This document shows, one piece after another, positions 42,119-53,658 of a DNA stretch of 64,000 bases. The stretch comes from Tubulanus polymorphus (Eukaryota; Animalia; Nemertea), in the NCBI RefSeq assembly GCF_964204645.1, contig NC_134027.1:23522560-23586559 (forward strand), given 5' to 3'. Both the position numbers and the translations under genes were made by a program. How positions within the stretch are numbered: position 1 is the stretch's first letter; each line of letters starts with the position of its first letter. The notes under the pieces were generated by a model. It was not told the origin of the DNA, did not search any database, and saw only the letters and a list, made by a program, of their open reading frames with translations.

Positions 42119-45100
42119 ATGGCAGCTGATGACAATGAATCTTTTGAAAACCAGTACGTTCTTTCCGGCTCTTCCGTGCCAAAGGTAATAGAAAGTTCTG
42201 AAAGAAATTACAAAGCTTAATCAATTCTTTGGAATTGTTCGGTTGTTGTTGTTGGTGGGGTCCAGTTTTATGAAACTGTTTGAGCTTAAAACGGTCGCGT
42301 TTGAACAGTTTTACGAAAACCCAACTATGTGCAAAACCAGCAAAAAATCATTTGCATTTTTTTTTCCGCTTCGTTTAGCCTACACTTAAAACGCGAATTA
42401 ATTGCCGTTTTGGAAAGGAATTAAACGCAATTAAGGTGCGAACGATACATCGTTGCATCGGTTTTCAAAAACGTTCCAATTCGGGAGCACCTCGAAATTT
42501 TGATATGGTAGTTGCGTCAATTAGAATAACTCTAATTCTTTCTACCATCACCTCATCCCCCCCCCTCTCCCCCCCCCATTGCCCCACCCTTAGATTAGAC
42601 ACATGATAAAGCTGGAACTATTGATTTTCCGATGAGGGACCACGGAAAAAGATAAGTTCTCGCAAGTGTGTTTTGATCGCAACTGTTAAATAAACAAAAA
42701 AATTGAAAAAATTACACGTGACAAACCTATTAAACTCTAATAGACTTGATAAACAAAATAAATCTAAAATACTAACATTATCTAAAAAGAGACGATATTA
42801 GATCTACTGCGTACAATATTCAAATTTGAATGGCGATAGTTTCGAGCTCCTGACAAATGCTTGCATCTAAACTGCCTTGAGAACGGGTTCCTAGAGCATT
42901 AATCGATAGTTCGGCACTCGTCATCAATCCGCTGCAGGTCTCCGACTCCCCGCCCAATTCCAGAAGTTATTCTAATTGAAGCAAATATCGAAATTTTGAG
43001 ATGTGTGCATTGTGCATTTCAAATCGAGCGAATGCGACGTGTTAAAAACAAAAACGATGCTCAATTTACGTCGAGTTTACTCTAAGCTGTTCTGTTGTAC
43101 ATAATAATAAATCTTAAAGTTTGAGTAAAAATCCCACAATATGAATGTATGAATCTAAAAAACTTTATTTAAAAATTTATCGGGTGTGGTCGCAACCAGA
43201 CTTCATCAGACTAAAATATTTCTAATTCAACTGTTTAGATTCATTCATTTATATTGTGTGATTTTTATTCATTGTCGGATATTATTGTGATTCTCAACTT
43301 GATTCATCTGCAGGTTTGTTTGGCGAACATGAATTTGAAGGACGTTTTGAACTACGCTTTTCCGAAAATTAATGACACTTCGGTGCTTAATTATTCATAC
43401 GCGAGCTCCGACGTTTTCGACGAGTTGGTGTCAGCGACCAAAAACCGATGTCGTAGTTCGCGTGTACGGTTATCGACGCCCGCCGTACCGAGATCGAGTC
43501 CAGTTCCTCATTTTGATGACACGACGACACTGAATTCGAGTCCGGTTACGCATATTACTGATGATGCCGTGCCTGATTTCGATGATTCGATTCCGATGAA
43601 TTTGAGTCCCGATGCACGTATTCGCGATGGACATGTGCCGAGTTCGAGTCCGGTTCCTCGTTTTGATGATTCGACGACGCCAATTTTAAGTCCGGTTGCA
43701 CGTATTCGCGATGGACACGTACCGAATTCGAGTCCGTCGTCGTTTCTCGATGATTCGGTGCTGACGAATTTAAGTCCGGTGACGCGTATTCCGGCTAACG
43801 TCGGTGGAGTCACGCCGAGTTCGATTCCGATCTCTCGTTCCGACGATTCAGCGATGCCGTTCGTAAATCAGGTTACGAGAAATCTTTTTAACGCCAATTT
43901 AAACGAAACGATAGAAGATTGCGGAAACTTCATGGAAGAGGGTTCTAGTTCACCCACGTTGGAGGAGTGTTCTAGTTCACCGGCGACGGAGGAGAGTTCT
44001 AGTTCCCCGGCGACGGAGAGTTCTAGTTCCCCCGCGGCAGAGGTGCACGCGAATATTCGTTTGACTAATTTCAAACCGTGGGCGGCGTCTCCCGGGAGAG
44101 TGGTCCGCCGTAGTCGCGAACAGCCGCCGAACGATAAGACAAAAAAGAAGATAAAGGACGCGCTGTATATTTCGGAGATACTGAACAGTACGGAGTGGGT
44201 AAGCGGGCCGCCGTCGCCCGTTTGTAAAATCAACGGAAAACATTTACGATCGAACGACCGACGAAGCGTTCGCTATCGTAAGGGTTTCACGAGACCGCCG
44301 CCGGTGAAAACGAACGGTCGCTTGGCAGGCGCGTCGAGGCGCGTCGTCGCAACCAGTGAGAAATCGGACAGCAGCAGCGGCGCGGAATCGTACGCGACCG
44401 CGCTGTCTTCGTTCGATTCTCCGCGGCCGATGGAGACTAAATCGGACACCAGCAGCGGCGAGGGTGTCGACGCCGGGGGCGTGGAACTGTCTCAAAAATA
44501 CCCGCCGAATATTATTCGGCGCGTTCCCTGTAGCGCTGGTCAGCCTGTAACCTGTAAAACTACCGGGACTGGAATTAACAGCGCTGGTCGACCTGTTATC
44601 AGTAAATCAGCTGGGACCGGTACTTGTAGCGCTGGTCAGCCTGTAATCTGTAGTATACCACGGCTTGAAACCTGCAGTGCGCATCGACCTGTTACGTGTA
44701 AATCTAGTCGACTCGTAGACTGTAAAACTGGTCGGCCTGTAATCTGTAAAACTGCTGGCACGATAACTTTTAGCGCTTGCCAGCCTGTAACATGTACTGC
44801 TGCTCGATCTGTTACCGACTGTACCGCCGCGCTTCCGCGAGGATCTCGAATCACGTTGAACATTGCAAAATCGTCCACTGATCAATCCGCGACCGCGGCC
44901 GAGTTACATCCGCAGGTATGTGATATCCACATAGAACGCTTTCTACTACGTGTGAAGATACTATCTAAATGTGTCACTTGAGGGGTTTGAAAATCTGCAC
45001 AATCTTTTGTAAGAATGGCCACGATAGTAAGCATAACATATTTGGTGAAATTACGTGGTATTTTCATTCATATCGGGGATCTATGCATACTTTTTTACAA

Positions 45101-48100
45101 TTTCAATTGCAAAATTGTTGGACGTAACTCATGACGTTCTTATAGGATTGTGGCTAGTTTCAGGATCATTGGTTTCCATATGCACTCACCAAGGGGGCAT
45201 TGAATATTGAAATTGTTAGGTGACCCTTCCCAAATGGGCATGGTGTCCCTGAACCGCTAGTTGTAGCTCATGAGCTGCTCATGACATGTTCTATGATTGT
45301 GATTAGTTTTAATTTCATTGGTTTTTGTGTATGGTCACCAGGGGGCATTAAAAAGCAAAATGACTTAGAGTATTTCCTTATTTGGTAGTGAGGCATATCT
45401 TGTTACCAAGCAAAATTTTAGCTCATGGCATGTTCTATGATTATGGTAACTTTCAAGTTGTTTCTGTGAATGTTCACCAGGGGGCGCATCTTCAGATTCT
45501 TAAGCATTTCAAACCACTTTCCAAGTGGGCATGGTGTCCTTGGACGCCTTGTTTTGTACCAATTGAATTCACGTTTTTAACTCTACATCAGATAATTCAA
45601 TTCATAGAACTGTTCATATCTTTTTGCAGCCATCGACCAGCAGCAGCAGCAGTGAAACGGAAATGGAGTTTTTCGATAGTCAACCTTTCGCTAAAACTAG
45701 CCTTGCGAGTTGTAGTAATAAACCGGCAGCAACAGCGTCAACGAAAAGAGCAGCAGCATCAACGAAAAGATTAGTGGATATAATCCCGATACGTCGGTCT
45801 CGTCGGGAGACCGACGACGACGAAGGCGCGATCAACGTAGTCGGTAAAAATATGTTGTTACCGTTGAATAGTTCGGCTGCAAATGCAACCGAGCTAACGA
45901 CCGAGCGCGACAGCAAGAAAAAAACTAACACCTCCAAAAAGGTAATTATCACCGAGATCTAGAGAAATTAGAAAACAATAGGAAAACGTGATTTAACAAT
46001 TAAATGGCTAACCCTTACAGTACGTCTACACCGTGCGGTGTATAATTGTTGATGGACTTGGCTAGTACACCGCATCGTGGTGTGTTGATTTAATTTGTAA
46101 ATTGGCTTTTATCTCTTGGACTATGGCAGCATGTGTCGAACTTGAAATATGAAAGTGAAATATTAGTAACTAATGATACACTGCACTGCAGTGTAGATAC
46201 GCTGTAGTGGTATTCCTATTACTCAACACACTGGGGTGGAATTTTTCAAAATTTTCAAATTAACACCAGTAGTTAAGGGTATGAATGGTTATGAGTTAGT
46301 GAGCACTGAAAGGTTTAGAAGTCATTTCGTGCCTGCTTTTTTGTAGAAAAAATCAGTCGTTTACAACTACCTGAAATTGAAAGAGATAAAGAAAGCTGAA
46401 AACGTGAACAAACGCGTTTGTTGTCACGCGGTCGTTTCCAATTTCGCGCCTCCGTTCAAATCACGTGGATCAGGTAAATACATTAATCCTCTTCTAGACT
46501 CCAGTGCTGTCCATAAGATCCAGTAAGCAGTAATTCTTAATGGCCCAACGATTCTGCTTAACATAAAAAAGAAAAACATGTTACTTAAAACTCCTTTGAT
46601 TTGAACGAAATGCCTGAAACTCACTCCTTCAATTTTGAGAAACAGGCAATAAGAGTTGTAAGTAGTTGTACAATGAACTATGCATGAATTGATACAGTTG
46701 GGACCAGGATTTTTCTTTTCAAACCCAATTATTGAATTAGAATAGAAAGCAAGTTTAGGTAGTGTAAGCGATAAAGATTTGCTTACAAAACTTCGGAATT
46801 TATGGTTTACTTAGATAAATAATACCAGTTCAGGAGAAGTTTACTGTAATTAGGATATCAAAGAGATGCAGACACTTCCATGAAATTGTAGGGACGCTTG
46901 TATTATTTGTAATAGCCTAATTTTGTAACATATATTACTGTTAATCGCATGTTTTTGTTTTATAGATTGGGTCGTGAATATGAATATCATCGATGAATCG
47001 ATTCATCCCGATTCGTTGAAATGTCGTCTGTTCATTCACGACGAGGATTCGTTGCCTCGGATTGAAGCTGTCGGCGACACGGTGCGACTGCACCGACTCA
47101 AGGTGAAATATTCATTAATCAAATTTGTTAGTAGTGAAAAAAATACGAATACTTAGAATTCGCTCTCTCGACCAAATGATGAATCTTAGTGAAGATTTCA
47201 AAATATGGTGGGAGAATATCAACTATGTTGTCTCTTCGGGTTACTGTCCTTCCTATCCTGCCTTCCGCTCCTTCCTCGCTCCCCTTCTTCCTATCCCTCC
47301 TCTTGCCTTCCTAAGCATCCATCTCTCCCTCTTTGGCCTTGTGCCTTCCTCTCCATCCATCTCTCCTTCCTTGGCCTTGTGCCTTCCTCTCCATCCATCA
47401 CTCCCACCTTCGTCTCTTGCCTTCCTCTCCATCCATCTCTCCCACCTTCGTCTCCTGCCTTCCTCTCCATCCATCTCTCCCTCCTGCGTCTCTTGCCTTC
47501 CTCCCCATCCATCTCTCCCTCCAGTCCTTCGTCTCCTGCCTTCCTCCCCATCCATCTCTCCCTCCAGTCCTTCGTCTCCTGCCTTCCTCTCCATCCATCT
47601 CTCCTTCCTTGGCCTTGTGCCTTCCTCTCCATTCATCACTCCCACCTTCGTCTCCTGCCTTCCTCTCCATCCATCTCTCCCTGCGTCTCTTGCCTTCCTC
47701 GCTCCTTACTTCATCTCCTTCCTCTCCATCCATCTCTCCCTCCTTGGCCTTGTGCCTTCCTCTCCATCCATCTCTCCCTCCTTCGTCCCTTGCCTTCCTC
47801 TCTTTCCTCGCTCCCTACTTCATCTACTTCCTCTCCCTACTTCATCTCCTACCTTCCTCTCTCCTTCCTCTCTCCTGGCTTACTTCCTCTTTTCCTTCCC
47901 TCAATTCCCACCTCTATGAAGTGTGTATCATTGGCTCCAAATATTTACGGCTGATATCTCTGTTTCTCGATATAACTCTCCATTTCTCCGATGTTTCAGA
48001 TAGTCGAATATCTGGATGAAATACAGGGTCAGAGTTGTCCGGGATTCAGTTGTCTTGTCTTCCACGACGATCCTGCACTGGATCCGTCATCGACGTCGAA

Positions 48101-50355
48101 TAATTTCACGTGGTCGTCTGCTGATGAAACACGGGTAAGCACTTCCGGGAGTCATATCAAAGTCCAGTCTCAGTGAGTCCAAAGGCAAATTAAACCCACA
48201 CAATTGTGAATCTGAGTTCAGCGTCAAATTAAACCCACACAATTGTGAATCTCTGAGTTCAGCGTCAAATTAAACCCATGCAAACGAAGAAAATGGATGC
48301 TACTTAAGCAAGGGCATCGTCAGTCAATTAAAATTCCCACGAACGAACCCCTTAAACCCACACTGGAGGGTCCAAAGTCCAATTAAACGCACACAACTGT
48401 TGAAGAAGTTTCAAATTAGGCCCACACAACTGTGTTACTGGAATAAGGAAACCAAAAATGGAGCTTCGGTGTGGGACGACATCATTATGAATTGAAGTAA
48501 TTGATATTTTATGTTTAGGTTGTTGAATTGAAGAATTGGATGAAAACAGTGAAACTTGTCAGTAAACCAAGTCTGAATACATCATTAACTGCTGCCCAGA
48601 CTTCAAATACAGCACAAAAACAAAACAGGAAAACGATCTCACAAGTCCAGCATGGAAATCATGTTAATCTACTTTGCCAGGTAATTTTCAAAGGTTTCAC
48701 AATGCCATCAGGTTCAAATCCCTCTCTGCGAGGGAGGAAAGTGGCAGAGTCTGACGATGCCATCAGGTTCAAATCCCTGTGAGGGAGGAATGTAGCAGAA
48801 TCTTACGATTCCATCAGGTTCAAATTCTTGTGTGAAAGGAATCAATGCATCATGATCTAAATTCCTGTGAGGGAGGAATCAATGAATCATGATCTAAATT
48901 CCTGTGAGGGAGGAATCAATGCATCATGATCTAAATTCCTGTGAGGGAGGAATCAATGCATCATGATCTGAATTCCTGTGAGGGAGGAATCAATGCATCA
49001 TGATCTAAATTCATGTGAGGGAGGAATCAATGCATCATGATCTAAATTCCTGTGAGGGAGGAATCAATGCATCATGATCTCGGAGTCTCATGATGCCATC
49101 AGGTTCTAACCCTCGTGAGGAAGGAACGTGGTAGAGTCTTAGGATGCCATCAAGATGCCATCAGGTTCAAATCCGTGTTACGGAAGATGCATTCGATAAA
49201 CCACCTTCTCTTTTAAGAATAATTGATATTTTGTCTATCGAAGGTAATCGGATGTCTACATTTGAATCCGGTGAAGTCTGTGTTGAGAATCTGGGACGGT
49301 ACGAGGTTACCGCAAGCCGCTAGCTGTCAGAGATATCGAGACATTCAATGCGACGACGATCTAGTGATTATTTCTCAGGATTTAAGCGTAGACGTTCTAA
49401 TATTCGACGAACATTGTAAAGATTTAGCCAAAATTAAAGTAAGTGTTTTTATAAATGTACCGTATGCAGTCAACCTCCTTATACAGCAATTTTTTAAATA
49501 GGAAAAATTCGATCATTCGAGGCATTTTTAGCAGGTTTACGGGTTTTGCCCACCAACCACTAATCTCATCTTCATTCTAAGCCTGTAGCCAATCTACCGG
49601 TAACAGCATGAAACTCATTTTGGTTCTATAACCGTTCTAACTATTTGGTTTCTATAGGCGTTCAAACAGCATCAGGGCTCAGATTGTTCAGTCATGACTT
49701 ATGTCCAAAAGTGGCCTTTTAAATCGGAAGACTTGCCTGAAGTTGTTAGATTAGCTATAGAACTAATTTGGTCTTATACTGGTCTTAAATCTAAATAAAC
49801 GATGACTATGCAACTTGCCCTGGAAGCCTTCCGATTTGCTTTAAGACCACTTTGGACTCGTGTCATGGCTATGGAACTGGTTCCTGAAACTCAAGGGCAT
49901 CAACAGAATGTTCGGAAATGGGGTCCTTGAAGTATGAAAAATATGGCTATCAAAAAATTATTCGGTGGTCTTTTGACGAGAAAGTTTATGAATTTTGATG
50001 TATTTCTTGCGGAGTGCGCATAATTGCAGATTATGAAAAGGGGGCGGTTGCCAATGCATCTTAGTAACACTGCTTTGATTACTGGATTCAAAGCATTTTA
50101 CAAATTGAAGATTTGTTCATCACGATAATACATTATTCAGATTGAGTTTGTTTGTTTTTTTTTTAGGCTAATGATTATGTGGAAGTTGTAGATTTGCGCG
50201 TCGACCGCGGTCGGTTGGTGCAGACGGATTTCGCGTTCATACTGAACGGCGGCGAAAGTAACAAACGCGGAATTTATAAACTCGACGAGAATTCGGCGGA
50301 GTTCTCGCAGTTAGAACAACAACTCAATACGGCAATCGATGAGTTCTACCCTTGA
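42119..50355 (+). CDS. POT1-like telomeric ssDNA-binding protein paralog: long low-complexity N-terminus + OB1 + OB2, no OB3 (~974 aa, 9 exons)
   Basis: Exons 42119-42184, 43314-44915, 45630-45941, 46347-46473, 46966-47102, 48000-48134, 48519-48680, 49244-49438 and 50167-50355, all GT-AG and in phase. POT1 motifs FAPPFKSRGSD, LKCRLF, GDTVRLHRLK, NLLCQ, LRIWDGT, VDVLIFDEH and F.LNGG...RGI. Confidence 0.88.
47245..47915. repeat. Polypyrimidine minisatellite (ccttcctctccatccatctctcc...)
   Basis: CT-rich tandem units in a POT1-like intron. Confidence 0.9.
48840..49080. repeat. 37-bp minisatellite embedded in 51-bp repeat family units
   Basis: Unit aatcaatgcatcatgatctaaattcctgtgagggagg, about 6.5 copies. 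Confidence 0.9.
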
Positions 50356-50516
50356 AATATCCGCGACTAGGGTTTAAGAGGTGTTGGGGGGGTTAGCGAG
50401 ATCCTTGGAGTAAGCTCGGGGTCCAGTTGGTACCGAAAAAGTTTCAGTCAAAAAATCTGAAGAATTTTAAAATCGTGAATTTATTTACCGGTATTCAAGA
50501 AATCGAAAATCTAGAA

Positions 50517-50557
50517 TACACGTTTCGATCTCACCCTAGAGATCATCGTCAGGTCAT
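50517..50557 (-). ncRNA. Second copy of the hammerhead core seen at 27110 (probably inactive, GUG at the cleavage triplet)
   Basis: Minus strand reads CTGACGATGATCTCTAGGGTGAGATCGAAACGTG, identical to the 27114-27145 core. Confidence 0.5.
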
Positions 50558-52199
50558 CTTATTATCCGCTCACCATGTATGAGTGTGGTTATTGTACTAT
50601 TCAGTCGAAAACGGTTAACTTGTTCACGAAACTGGACCCCCGGGGCAAGCTTTGATTTTCGTTGTTAGTCGACTAGTGGTCACTATAGTTCGGTCGTAAC
50701 GCATATCACATAGTGTCGGCCAAACTACAGCGACTGTGCTCGATCCCGTGATCGACTTTTTTTGGATCATAATTCCTAGACTTATGACATTCGGTTTCGC
50801 GTAGTTATGCAGATATAGTCGACTAACTCCGACAAGCGAAGTTTGCCCTGGCAGCGTTTTGCCCATATGGGTATGGTTGGATCCGTAGTTATTTCGAGAA
50901 ATTGGACTCTTTAAAACTCATATTCAACCGTAGATTCGGGAGTCCATTGAGTTGGGAGTGCATGAAAGTCTCAAAACGACGCGTAATTCACTTTTCAATC
51001 GAGGTATCAAGTCACATTCGGTTATAATGCCACTGTCAGGACCAAGTAAGACGTTATTTGATCGGATTTGACTCATGATTGAATTCGAATTAGATTCGCG
51101 TTTATTTGTTCTTAGAAAAGTGTCAGCGTTTAGCGGAGACTGGTATTAGAAATGATGGCGTTGTAACAGACTTTGACTTGAACTTCTCATCAAATCGAAT
51201 ATTATTTTCACTTAGTTTAAGTGTAGGTTCACATTTAGGCGACAAATGTGGCGACTGGTTGTGAAAACTTAGAATATGAATCAGCTCGTGTACCTGGTAT
51301 TTGTGCAAGGAATATCAATTAGTATTTTATGTTGTTTTTATCCTGTTTTGTGTTTGGCTTTATCAAAATTTATATGTATACAAGACTGGAAAAATAAATA
51401 GATAACAATTTTCATTAGCAATTTTACGTGTTGCTGTGTTTGTTATTTTTGAGCAATGGAATAAGGGCAAGTATTACAATTCAATTGATGGCGGAAAATT
51501 GTGGAAATGGAGCCTCAGGACTCGAGAAACTACAGGGCACTGAAAAATCTGTTCGTTTACCAAATTGATGTATCCATGAAATGACTGGAACCTCGTTATT
51601 ACTAAATTCAGCAGGAGACGAGAAAATCTGTTCGTTATAACCGATAGTTCACTGTAACATCCGGGATGAAATAACAGTGGAACCTCGTTACAACGAACTT
51701 CAGGAGACCAGAAAATCTGTTCGTTATAACCGATAGTTCACTGTTATATCCAGTAGTGAGTACGAAATTACCGTAGAACCTTGTTACAACGAACTTCAGG
51801 AGACCAGAAAATTATAACTGTCAAAGTTTTCCTGGGTATTATTGTTGTTTCTACATTTCACCTATGAAACCCAGCCCTGAAGTGGAGACCAATGACAACA
51901 TTTGTAAGAAAAACCTTGAAATCTAAAAATGTGATATTGTTTTTTATATAGAATTTACGTCTTTTCCATATGTGGACACGCATGTTAAGCAATTTCTGTA
52001 ATTTTTTGGAAGTGTCACGTATTTGAAATGCGAAGAGTATTTCCATTTCGAATAAAAGCGGCAACGGAATTCGATGTTACTTTTGAAGATTTGAAACATA
52101 AATTATTTTAATCGTGGTAAGATACGTTGTTGGGATAAAGGAATGAAGGTTCATTTTCGAAAATGTCCACGTATTTTCATGGTAACAAAGCATCGTGAT

Positions 52200-53141
52200 A
52201 ACTAACCAATTTAATCCATGTTAAATACGTACAGGCAATTTTTGCACAGAAATATTCACGAATATCTCGTCCTAGTAAAAGATACGTATATGTAAAAATT
52301 TACACGACAAAAATTGATTGAAAATGTTTAAAAAAAATGCGATTGGTAAAAATACAGCAATGACAGTTGGAAGTGTAAAGATAGCAAATGCGAACGAAAC
52401 TGTCACAAGCATTTTTATTGTACGTTTTGATTCAGTAGTTGTCTTGTCAGACGACACCATTTTTGAACCTCTGAATAACTGAACGATTATAACAGTATTC
52501 GATGAAATAATCAACGTTAAAGGTAGAATGTAAACGTATACAACGAAGATGATGAAATATATGAATTGGTCCAATAAATCATAATAACATCCGAGGAAAT
52601 GGTTAGAGAATTTCATAGTTACTGCTGGGTAAATACCAATTACCGATGTGTTCATTACCAAAATAACGACTATTGCGCATCGGGCGAATCTAGGTGTACA
52701 TATCAAACGAGATGTGAACGGGAAGAGCACAACTGCCGCACGTTCTAGAGATATAGTTACTATTAACCATGAACTATAAGAAGCTATCGATTCCATTAGA
52801 GATTCGTAGATTTGACAACTTATCAGTGAATTCATCATCACACCGCTTGGGCTGGCGTTTAAGTTATAGAGAACTAACTGTAAAATAGGCATAAATGACA
52901 GATTGATAGAGAAAATTAAGTCACTGAGAGACAAAACGATAAGATAGTTAGCGTAAGATAAATTGCGGAATCTGCGACTTATCATAATAAAAAAAGTTGC
53001 TGAATTTCCAAAAGCTCCCAACGGCAACAAGATAATCAGAATAACCACCGAAGGTGGACGCTGGCTTCCAGACTTGTTCATCAAAGACATTAAAACCATG
53101 TAGTTGTAAGGTAGACCAATCGGCATCTCAGTAGAATTCAT
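52200..53141 (-). pseudogene. Intronless class A (peptide-receptor-like) GPCR with frameshifted TM7/helix 8
   Basis: Motifs GAFGN, YLIVLSLSD, ISLERA..V.FP, LP...IISSN and FAIFTLP. The TM7-like VNFYIY and the helix-8-like LLLGRDIRE lie in other frames. Confidence 0.75.
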
Positions 53142-53658
53142 ACTTCACCGCAAACAGAGACTGATTGTCTTATCTTCTCAACGATCTAAGCATATAGATC
53201 GACATAAATTCTAATAATTTATGATCTATGGAAGCTGATGATCGTGGATGTTGAGAGCAGAATTTATGAATTTATTTATCCAGGCAAGCAGCATTGTTAT
53301 CAGTATTATTATTTTTTCAGAGAAAACCTAACATTTAGAGACCATGGACAATATAAACAAAAATCAGATTTTCATCATGACTTCTGATTTTCTCAGTGAA
53401 GACTTGCCTGCCCCATCTTGTAAAATGTAAAGCTTTTGACTTTTTGTGATTCATGCAAGGGAATTTTGGTTTTATCTGATGATAAAAACATGTCTAGGCC
53501 CATTTGGAAAATGAGATAATTACCAAAAAGAATCCCGGAGTAATAAGTGGAACGTTGCAATCGTTAAACGTTGCAATTACCCACTCGCTATCTAAATGGA
53601 AATGGCCGAAATATCATTGTACACATTCATGTCTGGCTGTTCACACAGAGCAGTCACT

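Noticed and set aside
47125-48019. Long Pro/Ser/Leu ORFs in several frames
   Set aside because: They come from a stop-poor polypyrimidine repeat inside a POT1-like intron.
50365-50400. Telomere-like G-rich sequence after the POT1-like stop
   Set aside because: It is not a tandem TTAGGG array and is probably a chance match.
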